From NCBI GenBank assembly GCA_965226555.1, contig CBDDDG010000022.1:160001-224000 (forward strand): a stretch of 64,000 bases of DNA. Reading direction: 5' to 3'. Under the pieces are notes generated by a model. It worked only from the letters and a program-made list of their open reading frames with translations. It was not told where the DNA came from and did no database searches. This document shows, piece by piece, positions 19,174 through 28,307 of this stretch (the stretch's first letter is position 1; each line of letters opens with the position of its first letter). The position numbers and the translations under genes were made by a program. The DNA comes from Salinispira sp. Lineage in GTDB: Bacteria; Spirochaetota; Spirochaetia; DSM-27196; Salinispiraceae.

Positions 19174-21254
19174 GCGCCATCAGATTCGGATTCGGACTCA
19201 GATTCGGAGCGATTCCCATTTCCATAATACTCGCTGGCGAATCTCTCACCAATAATTTTCCGCAGATCCCCATTCGGAATACCAGATGCATTGAGTATTT
19301 CCGTTATCGCATCTGCATTATCATAAAAATATTCCTGCAGTTGGGGAATAATTCTGTTTCTGAAAATTCTGTCCAGAGTATCCACGCTGTCCTGCCTGAA
19401 CAATGGCCAGAAATAGGCATGACCTATTTCATGGTCCATGTCCAGATGTTTCCGCATTTTGGCATTCATCTTGCGCAAAACATCGGCAATACCAATACCG
19501 TCAATTTTCAGCTCTTTGAGTTTGTCAGGGTTGGAGGGTATCCACGCAAAATCGAAGCGCCGTCTCAGAGCAGTGTCGAGCGCGACCAGCGATTTATCTG
19601 CCGTGTTCATGGTTCCGATAATGTACAAATTCGATGGGACACTGAAACGCTCGCCCGAATAGGGAAGGCGCACAGTGAGCGGATTATCGCCTCCTGCGCG
19701 CTTATCCTCCTCAATGAGGGTAATGAGCTCGCCAAAAATCCGCGATACATTCCCGCGGTTTATTTCATCGATAATGAGAACATAATTTTCCGCAGGCTCA
19801 TCGCCGCCCGCCCCCGAAGCGGATTTTCCAGCCCGTTCGCACATTTCCTTGAATATACCGGTGTGAATGGAATACCGAAGGTCGCCCCCCTCAGGCCCAT
19901 TGAGCGCAGGCCGTATGCCCTCCACAAATTCCTCGTATCCGTAACTCTGGTGAAAGGTGACCATAGCAATTTTCTGCTGATCAACAAGTTCCTTATACCG
20001 CACTTTTTGTTCTTCGTTTTCTTCGTTAGACGAATTCGCAGACCATCTCCTACCCCCGTCAATAATTCGCAGGGCTCCCAGCCTCGTCAGCCAGGTCTTT
20101 CCCGTTCCCGGCGGTCCGTAGAGAATCAGGTTCTTTGAATGATGCGTATGCGATGCTTCAGATTGATTATTCATGTCCGGTTCTTCAGAGGGAGAGTCAG
20201 TTTGATTTCCCCCTGCTTCCTCAATAAACTTCCAAAACTTGGGATATGCCTCATTAATCTGAGTATAGACCAAATCATTCTGGATTTGACAAATAGCGTT
20301 TCGGGAAAATCCTGTTATATGCCGTTGTTTATCCTTGACGAGCCAGATGACCTCCCGCTGAGTGGGCCATTCATCGGGTTGCGAAAGGAAGTTGTCATCT
20401 AAGGTAATACCAATGCCGTGCATGGTAGACATTCCAAATCGCGCTACAATTATACTCCCCCGGGGAACGTTCTTTAATCTCTCAAAGAACGTTTTTTCAA
20501 TATATCCTAACTCTATGTAGCTATTCTCGAACCATTCATCAATGTAATCGTTTCCATCGCCATCTCTTTGAGAGCTGATTTGGTACCATTGAGCATCAAA
20601 ATCTACCTTCAGGTTTTCAGCGTTCATGGCGTAGGCAAAACGGCTCAGTTCATAATACTCGGCTCCGGGAAAGGTGCTTTGTATGCCCTTCATAATTTCC
20701 CTGTAGGCCATGTACGTGCCTGTTGTTATTTTTTTTGCGAGAGATGTGTCAGTCTCCTGCCTGACGAGGTTTGCGGTGTGCTGGTCTATGGGAAGAAACT
20801 CGCGGGGGTTTATGAGAAAGAGAACTTGAGTAAGTTTCGCTACTCCAACATTCCCTATTTTCAGAACCTTACCAAACAAGTCGCCGAATTCGGAACTTTT
20901 GGGGGCACGCAGGGCCAAGTCCATGAAGGTCCACAAGTCACTCGCATCGACAGGAGAAAAATCTCCCTTATTATGAAAATACAGAAGTGCCATAGCCGAA
21001 GGGGTGGGAAAAATTCTATCCTGCGGAACATGTGCTTCTATCTTCAACACTTCTTTGAATTTTGCCAGTTTATTAAGACTATACTGAGATGCAATTTTAT
21101 ACATGACCGATAGCGGATCTACAGTCCAATAGAGGATAGAATCCCCTTTTCCAAAAAGCCGTGATGCAGTTTCCTGCAAATCAGGATCAGATGAATTATG
21201 AATCTGCTCAAGGCGCTCTGCTATTTCTCCAAAAAATGGAATCCAATCGTACAT
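19170..21254 (-). CDS. mcrB: McrB-family AAA+ GTPase
   Basis: [51 protein letters not shown]. Confidence 0.93.
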   Translation of the reverse strand: MYDWIPFFGEIAERLEQIHNSSDPDLQETASRLFGKGDSILYWTVDPLSVMYKIASQYSLNKLAKFKEVLKIEAHVPQDRIFPTPSAMALLYFHNKGDFSPVDASDLWTFMDLALRAPKSSEFGDLFGKVLKIGNVGVAKLTQVLFLINPREFLPIDQHTANLVRQETDTSLAKKITTGTYMAYREIMKGIQSTFPGAEYYELSRFAYAMNAENLKVDFDAQWYQISSQRDGDGNDYIDEWFENSYIELGYIEKTFFERLKNVPRGSIIVARFGMSTMHGIGITLDDNFLSQPDEWPTQREVIWLVKDKQRHITGFSRNAICQIQNDLVYTQINEAYPKFWKFIEEAGGNQTDSPSEEPDMNNQSEASHTHHSKNLILYGPPGTGKTWLTRLGALRIIDGGRRWSANSSNEENEEQKVRYKELVDQQKIAMVTFHQSYGYEEFVEGIRPALNGPEGGDLRYSIHTGIFKEMCERAGKSASGAGGDEPAENYVLIIDEINRGNVSRIFGELITLIEEDKRAGGDNPLTVRLPYSGERFSVPSNLYIIGTMNTADKSLVALDTALRRRFDFAWIPSNPDKLKELKIDGIGIADVLRKMNAKMRKHLDMDHEIGHAYFWPLFRQDSVDTLDRIFRNRIIPQLQEYFYDNADAITEILNASGIPNGDLRKIIGERFASEYYGNGNRSESESESESDGA

Positions 21255-21380
21255 TTCTTACCTCCTGAAAAAGTACTGTCTGCCAACACATTATGTTCGG
21301 AATTTTGGGAAAATGTCCATATCCATTTCCATTTGATATTTCATCCGCTCTGAAGTATACTGAGCATTCTCAATGGAAGC

Positions 21381-21782
21381 ATGAGCGAGCAGGAGGAAAA
21401 TATGTTCAGGGTCTATGTAACCCGAAGAATACCTGAAGCAGGTCTGAAACTGCTGAGAACGGAGTGCGAGGTTGAAGTGAATCCTCACGATCGCCCTCTG
21501 AGTGCCCGGGAATTGTCGCAGAAAATAAAGGGGCGGGATGGTCTGCTCTTTGCCACCGCCCGTCGGGTGGTGGAGGCCGATACCTGCATACGCAGCGGTT
21601 CCTGGGAGGGCTGGGGTCCCCTGCAGTTTCTCGGGGGCGACATTACCGGCGCAACCCTTGGCGTTATCGGCAGCGGGCGCATTGGCACAGCCGTTGCATT
21701 GAAGTCGCGGGGCTTTGCCATGCATGATGCGCGGAGAGCATCCCCCCAGTGTCTGAATCCTGAGGTCTACGAAAAAAACTGA
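21381..21782 (+). pseudogene. D-glycerate dehydrogenase/glyoxylate reductase remnant with two internal deletions
   Basis: RVYVTRRIPEAG...DGLL | FATARRVVEAD...GATLGVIGSGRIG...GFAM | ...CLNPEVY: three non-contiguous parts of a D-2-hydroxyacid dehydrogenase in 133 codons. Confidence 0.8.
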
Positions 21783-21913
21783 TTGCTCCGCCTGAATAGA
21801 CCCCATATCAGGCCCGTCCTTCCGCATGTGTTTATTTCCCAGCCTTTCTGCAAAAATTTCTTGATATTTCTGTTACTATCTTGTATCATTATAAATCTGT
21901 AAAAGGAGGCGAT

Positions 21914-22624
21914 ATGCAAGATAAAAGCACGCCGAGCGATTACCGTGATTACACAGATCGCATTATAACAAGTAAGGAACCGATTCGTTTATTCCAATCA
22001 GATTTTCTGGAATTTTTCAGCCACATTACCCCTCAGGTAGTTCTTCTGATTTGGTTGCCGATATCTGGTTTCTTTCTGATACATGGGATATACCTTAACG
22101 TGCAGGCAAACGCAGCGCTATGGCCGATTCCCCTTGTCATATTCTGCGGATGGTTTGTATGGACATTGGTTGAATATTTTGTGCACCGATTTATATTTCA
22201 TTATCATCCAAAGACTGAGCGGTTAAAACGTTTCTTCTTTACATTTCATGGAATGCATCATGCGCAGCCAATGTGCAAGACTCGTCTTGTCATGCCCCCG
22301 GTAATTAGCATTCCTCTGTCAATCCTGTTTTTTGGACTGTTTTATCTGATAACAGTTTCTCTTCTCGAACAGCCTCTTTGGTTAGAACCGGCCTTTTCGG
22401 GCTTTGCCATTGGTTATCTGGTCTATGACATGATCCACTATAGCCTGCATCACATGAAGTCAAAAAAGGGATATTTGGCAATGTGTCGGCGCCAGCACAT
22501 GCGGCACCATGTAAAATGCCCAAATATGCGTTTTGGTGTTAGTTTTCCGTTATGGGACTATGTATTCGGCACAATGCCTGTGGAAGGATTCCTCCGAAAA
22601 CATAAGAACACACGTACTGACTGA
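21914..22624 (+). CDS. fatty acid hydroxylase/sterol desaturase family protein (FA2H-like)
   Basis: His boxes EYFVHRFIFH, HGMHH, YDMIHYSLHH, HMRHH; RLVMPP; FGVSFPLWDYVFGT. Confidence 0.9.
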   Translation: MQDKSTPSDYRDYTDRIITSKEPIRLFQSDFLEFFSHITPQVVLLIWLPISGFFLIHGIYLNVQANAALWPIPLVIFCGWFVWTLVEYFVHRFIFHYHPKTERLKRFFFTFHGMHHAQPMCKTRLVMPPVISIPLSILFFGLFYLITVSLLEQPLWLEPAFSGFAIGYLVYDMIHYSLHHMKSKKGYLAMCRRQHMRHHVKCPNMRFGVSFPLWDYVFGTMPVEGFLRKHKNTRTD

Positions 22625-22629
22625 ACTGG

Positions 22630-23607
22630 CTAAAGCAGGTTGCGGTGTAAATAATCCCTATACGTAATTTCGAGGGTTTTTTTGATGTCCCACTCATAGT
22701 TCAATCCGAAATCTTTGGAAAGTTTTCCACCATTGAATATCCACAGGGATGGGTAAAAATCATGTAATTTGTCTCTGGTCAGGCGTAGATCACTGGGAAA
22801 AAACCGTATCAAAACTGAAATAAACACAAGAAACGCAAAGGGTATGGGAATTTTAACTGCCCGCAGGCGCATAATTTTCTCCAATGTGCGGATCAGGGTT
22901 ACACTCGTACAGGCATCAGGATGCGCAATAAAATATACTTCTTTACGATTTCCTCCACGAAAAAGTGCCTTTTCCGTTGCGTTAATGAGGTCAAAAATAC
23001 TTACAAAACTATATGCCTTTTTTCTGAAATTCAGTCCAAACCCAATAAAGAGACGGTTATAAACCATTCTGAAGATGTCGACCATGGCAGGATCGCCCGG
23101 ACCAATAACAATTGCAGGAGTAAGAATTGTCAGTGTCCATTGAGAAGGACTGTATTTGTCCAGAATCTCTTCAGCCAATTTTTTTGAAAGTCCGTAGCAG
23201 GAAACTGGCATGCGCGGATCCGTTTCCACGAGAGGTGTTTCTGTGGATGGACCCATTGCCGCAACTGACGAAATAAACAGAAAATGAAGTTTCTCATAAC
23301 GTTTTCTGAGTTCTTGTACCAAATTTCTGGTTCCCTGCGTATTTGTCTGAAAAAACTCCTTTATCCGGTGCGCATGAACCTGTCCCGCATTATGAATAAT
23401 AGCATCAATTTTGGGCGGGAGCTCCTGCATCCATCCGGCAACTGATTCCGGTGAAAGATCTCCGACAACTGTTTTAATACAGAGTCCGGTTTTTTCAAAT
23501 TTTTTATAATTTCTCACCAATGCAATAACTTCATGATTATGTTCCTGAAGCTGGCGGCAAAGATGACTCCCGACAAAACCTGTAGCATTTGTAACAAAAA
23601 TAACCAT
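22630..23607 (-). CDS. NAD-dependent epimerase/dehydratase (extended SDR)
   Basis: VTNATGFVGSHL, IIHNAG, ISSVAA, YGLSK. Confidence 0.88.
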   Translation of the reverse strand: MVIFVTNATGFVGSHLCRQLQEHNHEVIALVRNYKKFEKTGLCIKTVVGDLSPESVAGWMQELPPKIDAIIHNAGQVHAHRIKEFFQTNTQGTRNLVQELRKRYEKLHFLFISSVAAMGPSTETPLVETDPRMPVSCYGLSKKLAEEILDKYSPSQWTLTILTPAIVIGPGDPAMVDIFRMVYNRLFIGFGLNFRKKAYSFVSIFDLINATEKALFRGGNRKEVYFIAHPDACTSVTLIRTLEKIMRLRAVKIPIPFAFLVFISVLIRFFPSDLRLTRDKLHDFYPSLWIFNGGKLSKDFGLNYEWDIKKTLEITYRDYLHRNLL

Positions 23608-23690
23608 ACCTATACAAAAGGTATCATGAAGTTAACAGCTATGTCAAACTCGCATCTGAAGAAATGGTGAATCCAGCAATAAGGAGCGCC

Positions 23691-25493
23691 CTATTCCTTC
23701 AACATCTGTACGAGTTCTCCGAAAACCGTCATCGCGTTACAGATTGGTTCGGGATGCGACATATCAACCCCTGCGGCAGCGAGGCTTTCAACGGGGAAGC
23801 GGCTCCCTCCGCTTTTGAGAAAGGTAAAATAATTATCCAGTTCATGTTTTCCGCCCTTCAGTACTCCCTGGCTCAGGGCAATGGCCGCGCTCAGTCCGGT
23901 AGCGTATTTATACACATAAAAGGCCCGGTAAAAATGGGGAATGCGCAGACCTTCCATGGATGCTTCCTCCGGTATTTCAACATCCTTGCCGAAGTAGTTT
24001 GCGAGAAGCTTTGCATATTCCTCCCGGAGAGATTGAACCGTGAGTACATCGGCGTTCTCAACAATTTCATGACATCGCAGTTCAAACTCCGCAAACATCG
24101 TCTGCCGAAAAATTGTCGCGATCATGTCATCAATCTGTTTGTTTATCAGAAAGGTTCTGATTTTTTGATCATCCTGATGGGAAAGCATGTACGAGAACAG
24201 CAGCTGCTCATTAAAGGTTGATGCCACCTCGGCTTCAAAAATTGTGTAGTTATAATGGGGGAAGGGGTTGTTCCGAGAAGAATACCATGAATGCATGGAA
24301 TGTCCGGCCTCATGAGCAAGGGTGAAGAGTTCACGGATAACATTGTCCTTGTAATTCATGAGAATGTACGGTTCTCCGGTGAAACTGCCGGCGCTGAAGG
24401 CGCCGCTTCTCTTTCCCTTGTTTTCATATTTGTCGACCCAGGCGCCTCGCAACGAAGTACGGAGACCCTTTGTGAGTGTATCAACATACTCAGAACCAAG
24501 AGGGCTGAGAGCCTCAGCGAGAACTCCAGCAGCCTCGTCATAGCTGTGTTTCATAACAACATTCTCAACAACCGGAACCCGAGTATCTATAAGATTATAA
24601 TCAGATATCTTCTGCCGTTCCCTGCGGATACGGTAGTACTCGTGCAGAAGAGGGAGATGTTCATTAACTGTTTGTATCAGATTATGATAGACCTCAGGAT
24701 TCACCTTATCCGGAAAAAGAGCGGCTTCAAGAGAATTTCGATAATTCCGGATACGCGCGCGGTATACATCCTGATTCACACTGCCTGCGTACAGGCTTGC
24801 CAGAGTATTCTGATGCCCTGTGAGTTGGGTGTAGAATTTTTTGAAGGCTTCACGGCGTATGTCCCTGTCAGGATTCTGCATGAATATAATGAATGTTCCC
24901 TGCGTCAGGGGCTGATCTCCTTCAGGGGTTTTGATCATGCCGAATTCCATGTCGACATCAGTGAGAGCGTTAAATGTTCTCTGAGGGGTTTGATTCGATT
25001 CTTTCTGCATCGCAAGAAGGCGTTCTTCCTGTGATGAGAGAATGTGGGGTTTAAAGCGCAGGAGCTTTTTCAGAAATATACGGTACTCAGAAAATTCTTT
25101 CTGTTTCATCCATGAATTGATTTTTTCCTCAGAAATACCCTGTATTTCAGGATTGACAAAACCGCTTATCGCCGACATGGCAGCGGAGGCCTGTATATAA
25201 CGTCCGTTTCTGGACTGGCTGTCACTATTTCCCTGATCCTCACTCAGCCGAAGAAAGGCATAGTATCCAATTTGCTCATCCATAAGAGCAAGTTCAAAGT
25301 AAAAATCTAGAAATTCCTTAAGTACGTCGGCAGATTCAGCCAAACGGCCTTCAAAATCGGCAAGGCGGGGGTACATATCTATAAATTTTCTGAGTTTCTC
25401 TTCCCATGCCCTGTCGTCCTTACAGAGCATGGAAAGGTCCCATGTTTCATTGGCGGAAACCTCGCTCCTGCTGCGGGTCGGATTAATAGTCAT
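23691..25493 (-). CDS. pepF: oligoendopeptidase F (M3B)
   Basis: TWDLS, GKRSGAFS, TLAHEAGHSMHS, IFEAEVAS, RIPHFY...YVYKYATG. Confidence 0.93.
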   Translation of the reverse strand: MTINPTRSRSEVSANETWDLSMLCKDDRAWEEKLRKFIDMYPRLADFEGRLAESADVLKEFLDFYFELALMDEQIGYYAFLRLSEDQGNSDSQSRNGRYIQASAAMSAISGFVNPEIQGISEEKINSWMKQKEFSEYRIFLKKLLRFKPHILSSQEERLLAMQKESNQTPQRTFNALTDVDMEFGMIKTPEGDQPLTQGTFIIFMQNPDRDIRREAFKKFYTQLTGHQNTLASLYAGSVNQDVYRARIRNYRNSLEAALFPDKVNPEVYHNLIQTVNEHLPLLHEYYRIRRERQKISDYNLIDTRVPVVENVVMKHSYDEAAGVLAEALSPLGSEYVDTLTKGLRTSLRGAWVDKYENKGKRSGAFSAGSFTGEPYILMNYKDNVIRELFTLAHEAGHSMHSWYSSRNNPFPHYNYTIFEAEVASTFNEQLLFSYMLSHQDDQKIRTFLINKQIDDMIATIFRQTMFAEFELRCHEIVENADVLTVQSLREEYAKLLANYFGKDVEIPEEASMEGLRIPHFYRAFYVYKYATGLSAAIALSQGVLKGGKHELDNYFTFLKSGGSRFPVESLAAAGVDMSHPEPICNAMTVFGELVQMLKE

Positions 25494-25542
25494 GGATATC
25501 TCCTTCCTTCACATGATAACGTTCCCGGAATGTCAGGTCAAG

Positions 25543-25692
25543 ATAGCCCGAGCCGCCTTGCCTCGGTGACTCAATTAAGAAGGCAGGGCAGCGCAGCCGC
25601 AATAGCCCGAGCCGCCTTGCCTCGGTGACTCAATTAAGAAGGTAGGGCAGAACAGCCGCAATGGCCCGAGCCGCCTTGCCTCGGTGACTCAA
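25543..25692. repeat. 59 bp tandem repeat (about 2.5 units) derived from the 3' end of rdgB
   Basis: Units start at 25543, 25602 and 25661 (AT(A/G)GCCCGAGCCGCCTTGCCTCGGTGACTCAA...). Confidence 0.9.
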
Positions 25693-26280
25693 ACGGTTTT
25701 TTTCCTCATCCGATATATCGGCAGCCGTACATGACAGGTCGGGGAGAAAGAAAATTGGATCGTAACCAAAGCCGCCTGTTCCCGAGGATGCCTCAAGAGC
25801 AATTTTACCCTCCCATGTTTCCTGAACGGTGTATATACGGTTCTCATCTGCGAGAATGGTCATACAGCAGATATACCGGGCGCTCCGCTGCGCTCCGGCG
25901 GGTATTCCTTCGAGCCGTGATAAAAGTAAACTGTTCTGTTCCGCCGAGTTGAGCGGTCCATGTTCCTGACCGAACCGAGCCGAGTAGATGCCCGGCTCTC
26001 CGTTAAGAGCATCTACAGAAATACCGGAGTCATCCGCAATGATCAGCGGTAACTTCCTCTCTGAAATGCTCACCCCATGGAATTTTTCCGTATCTTTCCG
26101 ATTATTCAGACAGGAATAAAGATACTGCGCCTTGATAAGGCTGTTTTCCAGAAAACTTACGCCGGTTTCCTCGGGATCAAAATCGGGAATAAGTGTCTGC
26201 GCGCTCATGATCTCCTGATCTTTGAATATGGCACTCAGTTCACGAATCTTGTGAGTATTATTACTTGCCAGTAGTATCAT
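25630..26280 (-). CDS. rdgB: non-canonical purine NTP pyrophosphatase (Ham1/RdgB)
   Basis: LASNNTHKIREL, EETGVSFLENSLIKA, ADDSG, GFGYDPIF, KNRLSHRGKA. Confidence 0.95.
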   Translation of the reverse strand: MILLASNNTHKIRELSAIFKDQEIMSAQTLIPDFDPEETGVSFLENSLIKAQYLYSCLNNRKDTEKFHGVSISERKLPLIIADDSGISVDALNGEPGIYSARFGQEHGPLNSAEQNSLLLSRLEGIPAGAQRSARYICCMTILADENRIYTVQETWEGKIALEASSGTGGFGYDPIFFLPDLSCTAADISDEEKNRLSHRGKAARAIAAVLPYLLN

Positions 26281-27202
26281 GTGTACTATCTCCTTCTTTC
26301 ATAGAGGTGTTTCGTTTTTTTATATAAAAATAACTGCCGACGGTTCCTTTTGGGATGCCGGTCATGTGCGCGAGATTCCGATGGCTTGGATTGACGTTCA
26401 TCCGCCGGACAATCTGCAGACTCTTTGCAAGATAATTTTCAAGATTTTTCCGCGCATCTTCATCCTCGGTATTGAATCGCAGCCGTACATATTTACGCGT
26501 CCGCCGGTCCCGCCTGATATCTCTGAGTGTCAGTTTATGTTCAATGTCGGAAAATGCCTGCTGCCGCAGGGCCAGTATGTATACAGTCGGTATGCCGATG
26601 TGTTTGCTCAATTTGCTGATGAGGTCATCATGTAAGCTTTCCGGTTTGCGGAGGATATGAAGCAAAATCCGTTTATGTCTGACAGGCAGATTCTGTATGT
26701 GATCCTCAAGATATTCCTCATCAAACGGAGCATTTTCTTCCTGTTTCAGAATGAGTTTTGGTGGAGATTCCCGGCAGAAGGCAGCATCATCGGGCTGCTC
26801 CGTGGGGAAACTCACATTTTCAGATTCAGGCCATGCCCCATATTGTACGCCGATGAGACGTCTGTGTCCATCATACGAGACATGATAATTGTCCTGAAAG
26901 AGAGACGAAATTCTTCCCTGTATGTCCTGATCTAATTTCTGCTCATTTATATATGACTTAATTTGAAAATGCATCATTCTCCGCAGATAGCGCAGATAGC
27001 TTTTACCGCTAAATGTGTAGGTGCGGAGTGTTCTGATAATTTTCGGCTGCAGATAACTGAAAAAATCAGAGGCATCTTCATAATTCCAGCCCCACTGTGT
27101 AATAAGCCAGTTGATACAGTACTGTTGAATATCCTGAACAACACTCCCAAGCGACCAATATCCCCGCTGACAGCAGAGAACCTTCTGTGTGATATTCATC
27201 AT
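26261..27202 (-). CDS. hypothetical protein, sigma-factor-like (region-2-like N-terminus, C-terminal HTH)
   Basis: EDASDFF...YTFSGKSYLRYL and PSHRNLAHMTGIPKGTVGS. Confidence 0.5.
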   Translation of the reverse strand: MMNITQKVLCCQRGYWSLGSVVQDIQQYCINWLITQWGWNYEDASDFFSYLQPKIIRTLRTYTFSGKSYLRYLRRMMHFQIKSYINEQKLDQDIQGRISSLFQDNYHVSYDGHRRLIGVQYGAWPESENVSFPTEQPDDAAFCRESPPKLILKQEENAPFDEEYLEDHIQNLPVRHKRILLHILRKPESLHDDLISKLSKHIGIPTVYILALRQQAFSDIEHKLTLRDIRRDRRTRKYVRLRFNTEDEDARKNLENYLAKSLQIVRRMNVNPSHRNLAHMTGIPKGTVGSYFYIKKRNTSMKEGDSTHDTTGK

Positions 27203-27283
27203 ACCTCCTGTTTGTAGTACCCCTATGTATAGTACTCCGGTACATAAACTGTTTATCGGTAAAGGATGAATATAAAAAGCAGA

Positions 27284-27342
27284 AGAATTTTACAAAATTC
27301 GAAACTTTCTCAGAAAAAGTTTTGCAAAATGCAAAAGTTTCT
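27284..27342. repeat. two tandem degenerate copies of the dispersed palindrome
   Basis: AGAATTTTACAAAATTCGAAACTTTCT c AGAAAAAGTTTTGCAAAATGCAAAAGTTTCT. Confidence 0.65.
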
Positions 27343-28307
27343 CAGAAAAATTTCGCAATATTCTTTTGTATGCTCTCGAAAAGCTTCTGCATTGTCGTGT
27401 TCATTGTAAAACCCGCAGCGCGGACATGCCCGCCGCCGCCGTACAGCGCTGCCAGTTTTCCGGCATCGATGCTTCCCGATGTCCGGATGTTGACGGATAT
27501 CCGCTCCGGCATATCCTCCCACATCACAAGGAGTATTTCTACGGTATGTACATTCATAAGCTGCTGATACAGCTCTGAAGAATCTCTGTCGTTTCTGTCA
27601 ACATTCTTTAGTTCTTCAAATGATGACCAAGTGAAAATAAAGCGTCCGTCATAATAGGTTTCTGCTCTCTCCAGAAGTTTCCCAAGTAATTTTCTGCTTG
27701 TGAGGCTCTGCTTTACCCGGATCATATCGTAAATCTTCCTAGGTGAAACACCGGCTTCAGCCAGTTCCGCCAGCAAATAGAAGGTCTGCCGATTATCTTC
27801 TTCAAGAAAATGAAAAAAATCGGTATCTGTCGCAAAACCATAAAAAATGAGTTCGGCTTCTTCTTTCTGCAGAGTCATTCCGAGAGCTGCAATTATCTGC
27901 TGAACAAGAAGGGTTGTGGAGGGCGCAGTATGATTAATGAATTGGATAGTGCCATAGGTTCCGCCGCTGCTGTGATGATCAATAACAGCGATAGGCAGAG
28001 AATCGATGTTTTCCGCAAACTGGGCAATTCGATCCGGCATTGAGCAGTCCAGCATAATAACAGCTCTTTCATCCAGATTCTCAGGGAGATGGAGGGTAAA
28101 CTGCTCCTCAAGATGCCTCAGTTCCTTGTTGCCGAAGGGTCCCGGATTACAAAAAGCAACCTGCTTACCCATTCTCTGTAAGCACTTTCCAAGGGCGAGA
28201 CTGGAGGCAAGGCAGTCGCCATCGGGGGAAATGTGGGAAAGGAGCAGAAATTTTTTGTGCTTTCTGATGAATGTAATGAGATTTTCAGGAACAGCCTTGT
28301 TGATCAT
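27342..28307 (-). CDS. nrnA: DHH-family oligoribonuclease/PAP phosphatase (NrnA-like)
   Basis: HISPDGDCLAS, LDC, IDHH, ATDT, GGGGHVRAAG. Confidence 0.88.
   Translation of the reverse strand: MINKAVPENLITFIRKHKKFLLLSHISPDGDCLASSLALGKCLQRMGKQVAFCNPGPFGNKELRHLEEQFTLHLPENLDERAVIMLDCSMPDRIAQFAENIDSLPIAVIDHHSSGGTYGTIQFINHTAPSTTLLVQQIIAALGMTLQKEEAELIFYGFATDTDFFHFLEEDNRQTFYLLAELAEAGVSPRKIYDMIRVKQSLTSRKLLGKLLERAETYYDGRFIFTWSSFEELKNVDRNDRDSSELYQQLMNVHTVEILLVMWEDMPERISVNIRTSGSIDAGKLAALYGGGGHVRAAGFTMNTTMQKLFESIQKNIAKFF

Noticed and set aside
25543..25692. Possible CRISPR array (29 bp repeat with 30 bp spacers)
   Set aside because: The 'spacers' are nearly identical, the unit is rdgB coding sequence, and no cas genes are present; it is a tandem duplication.
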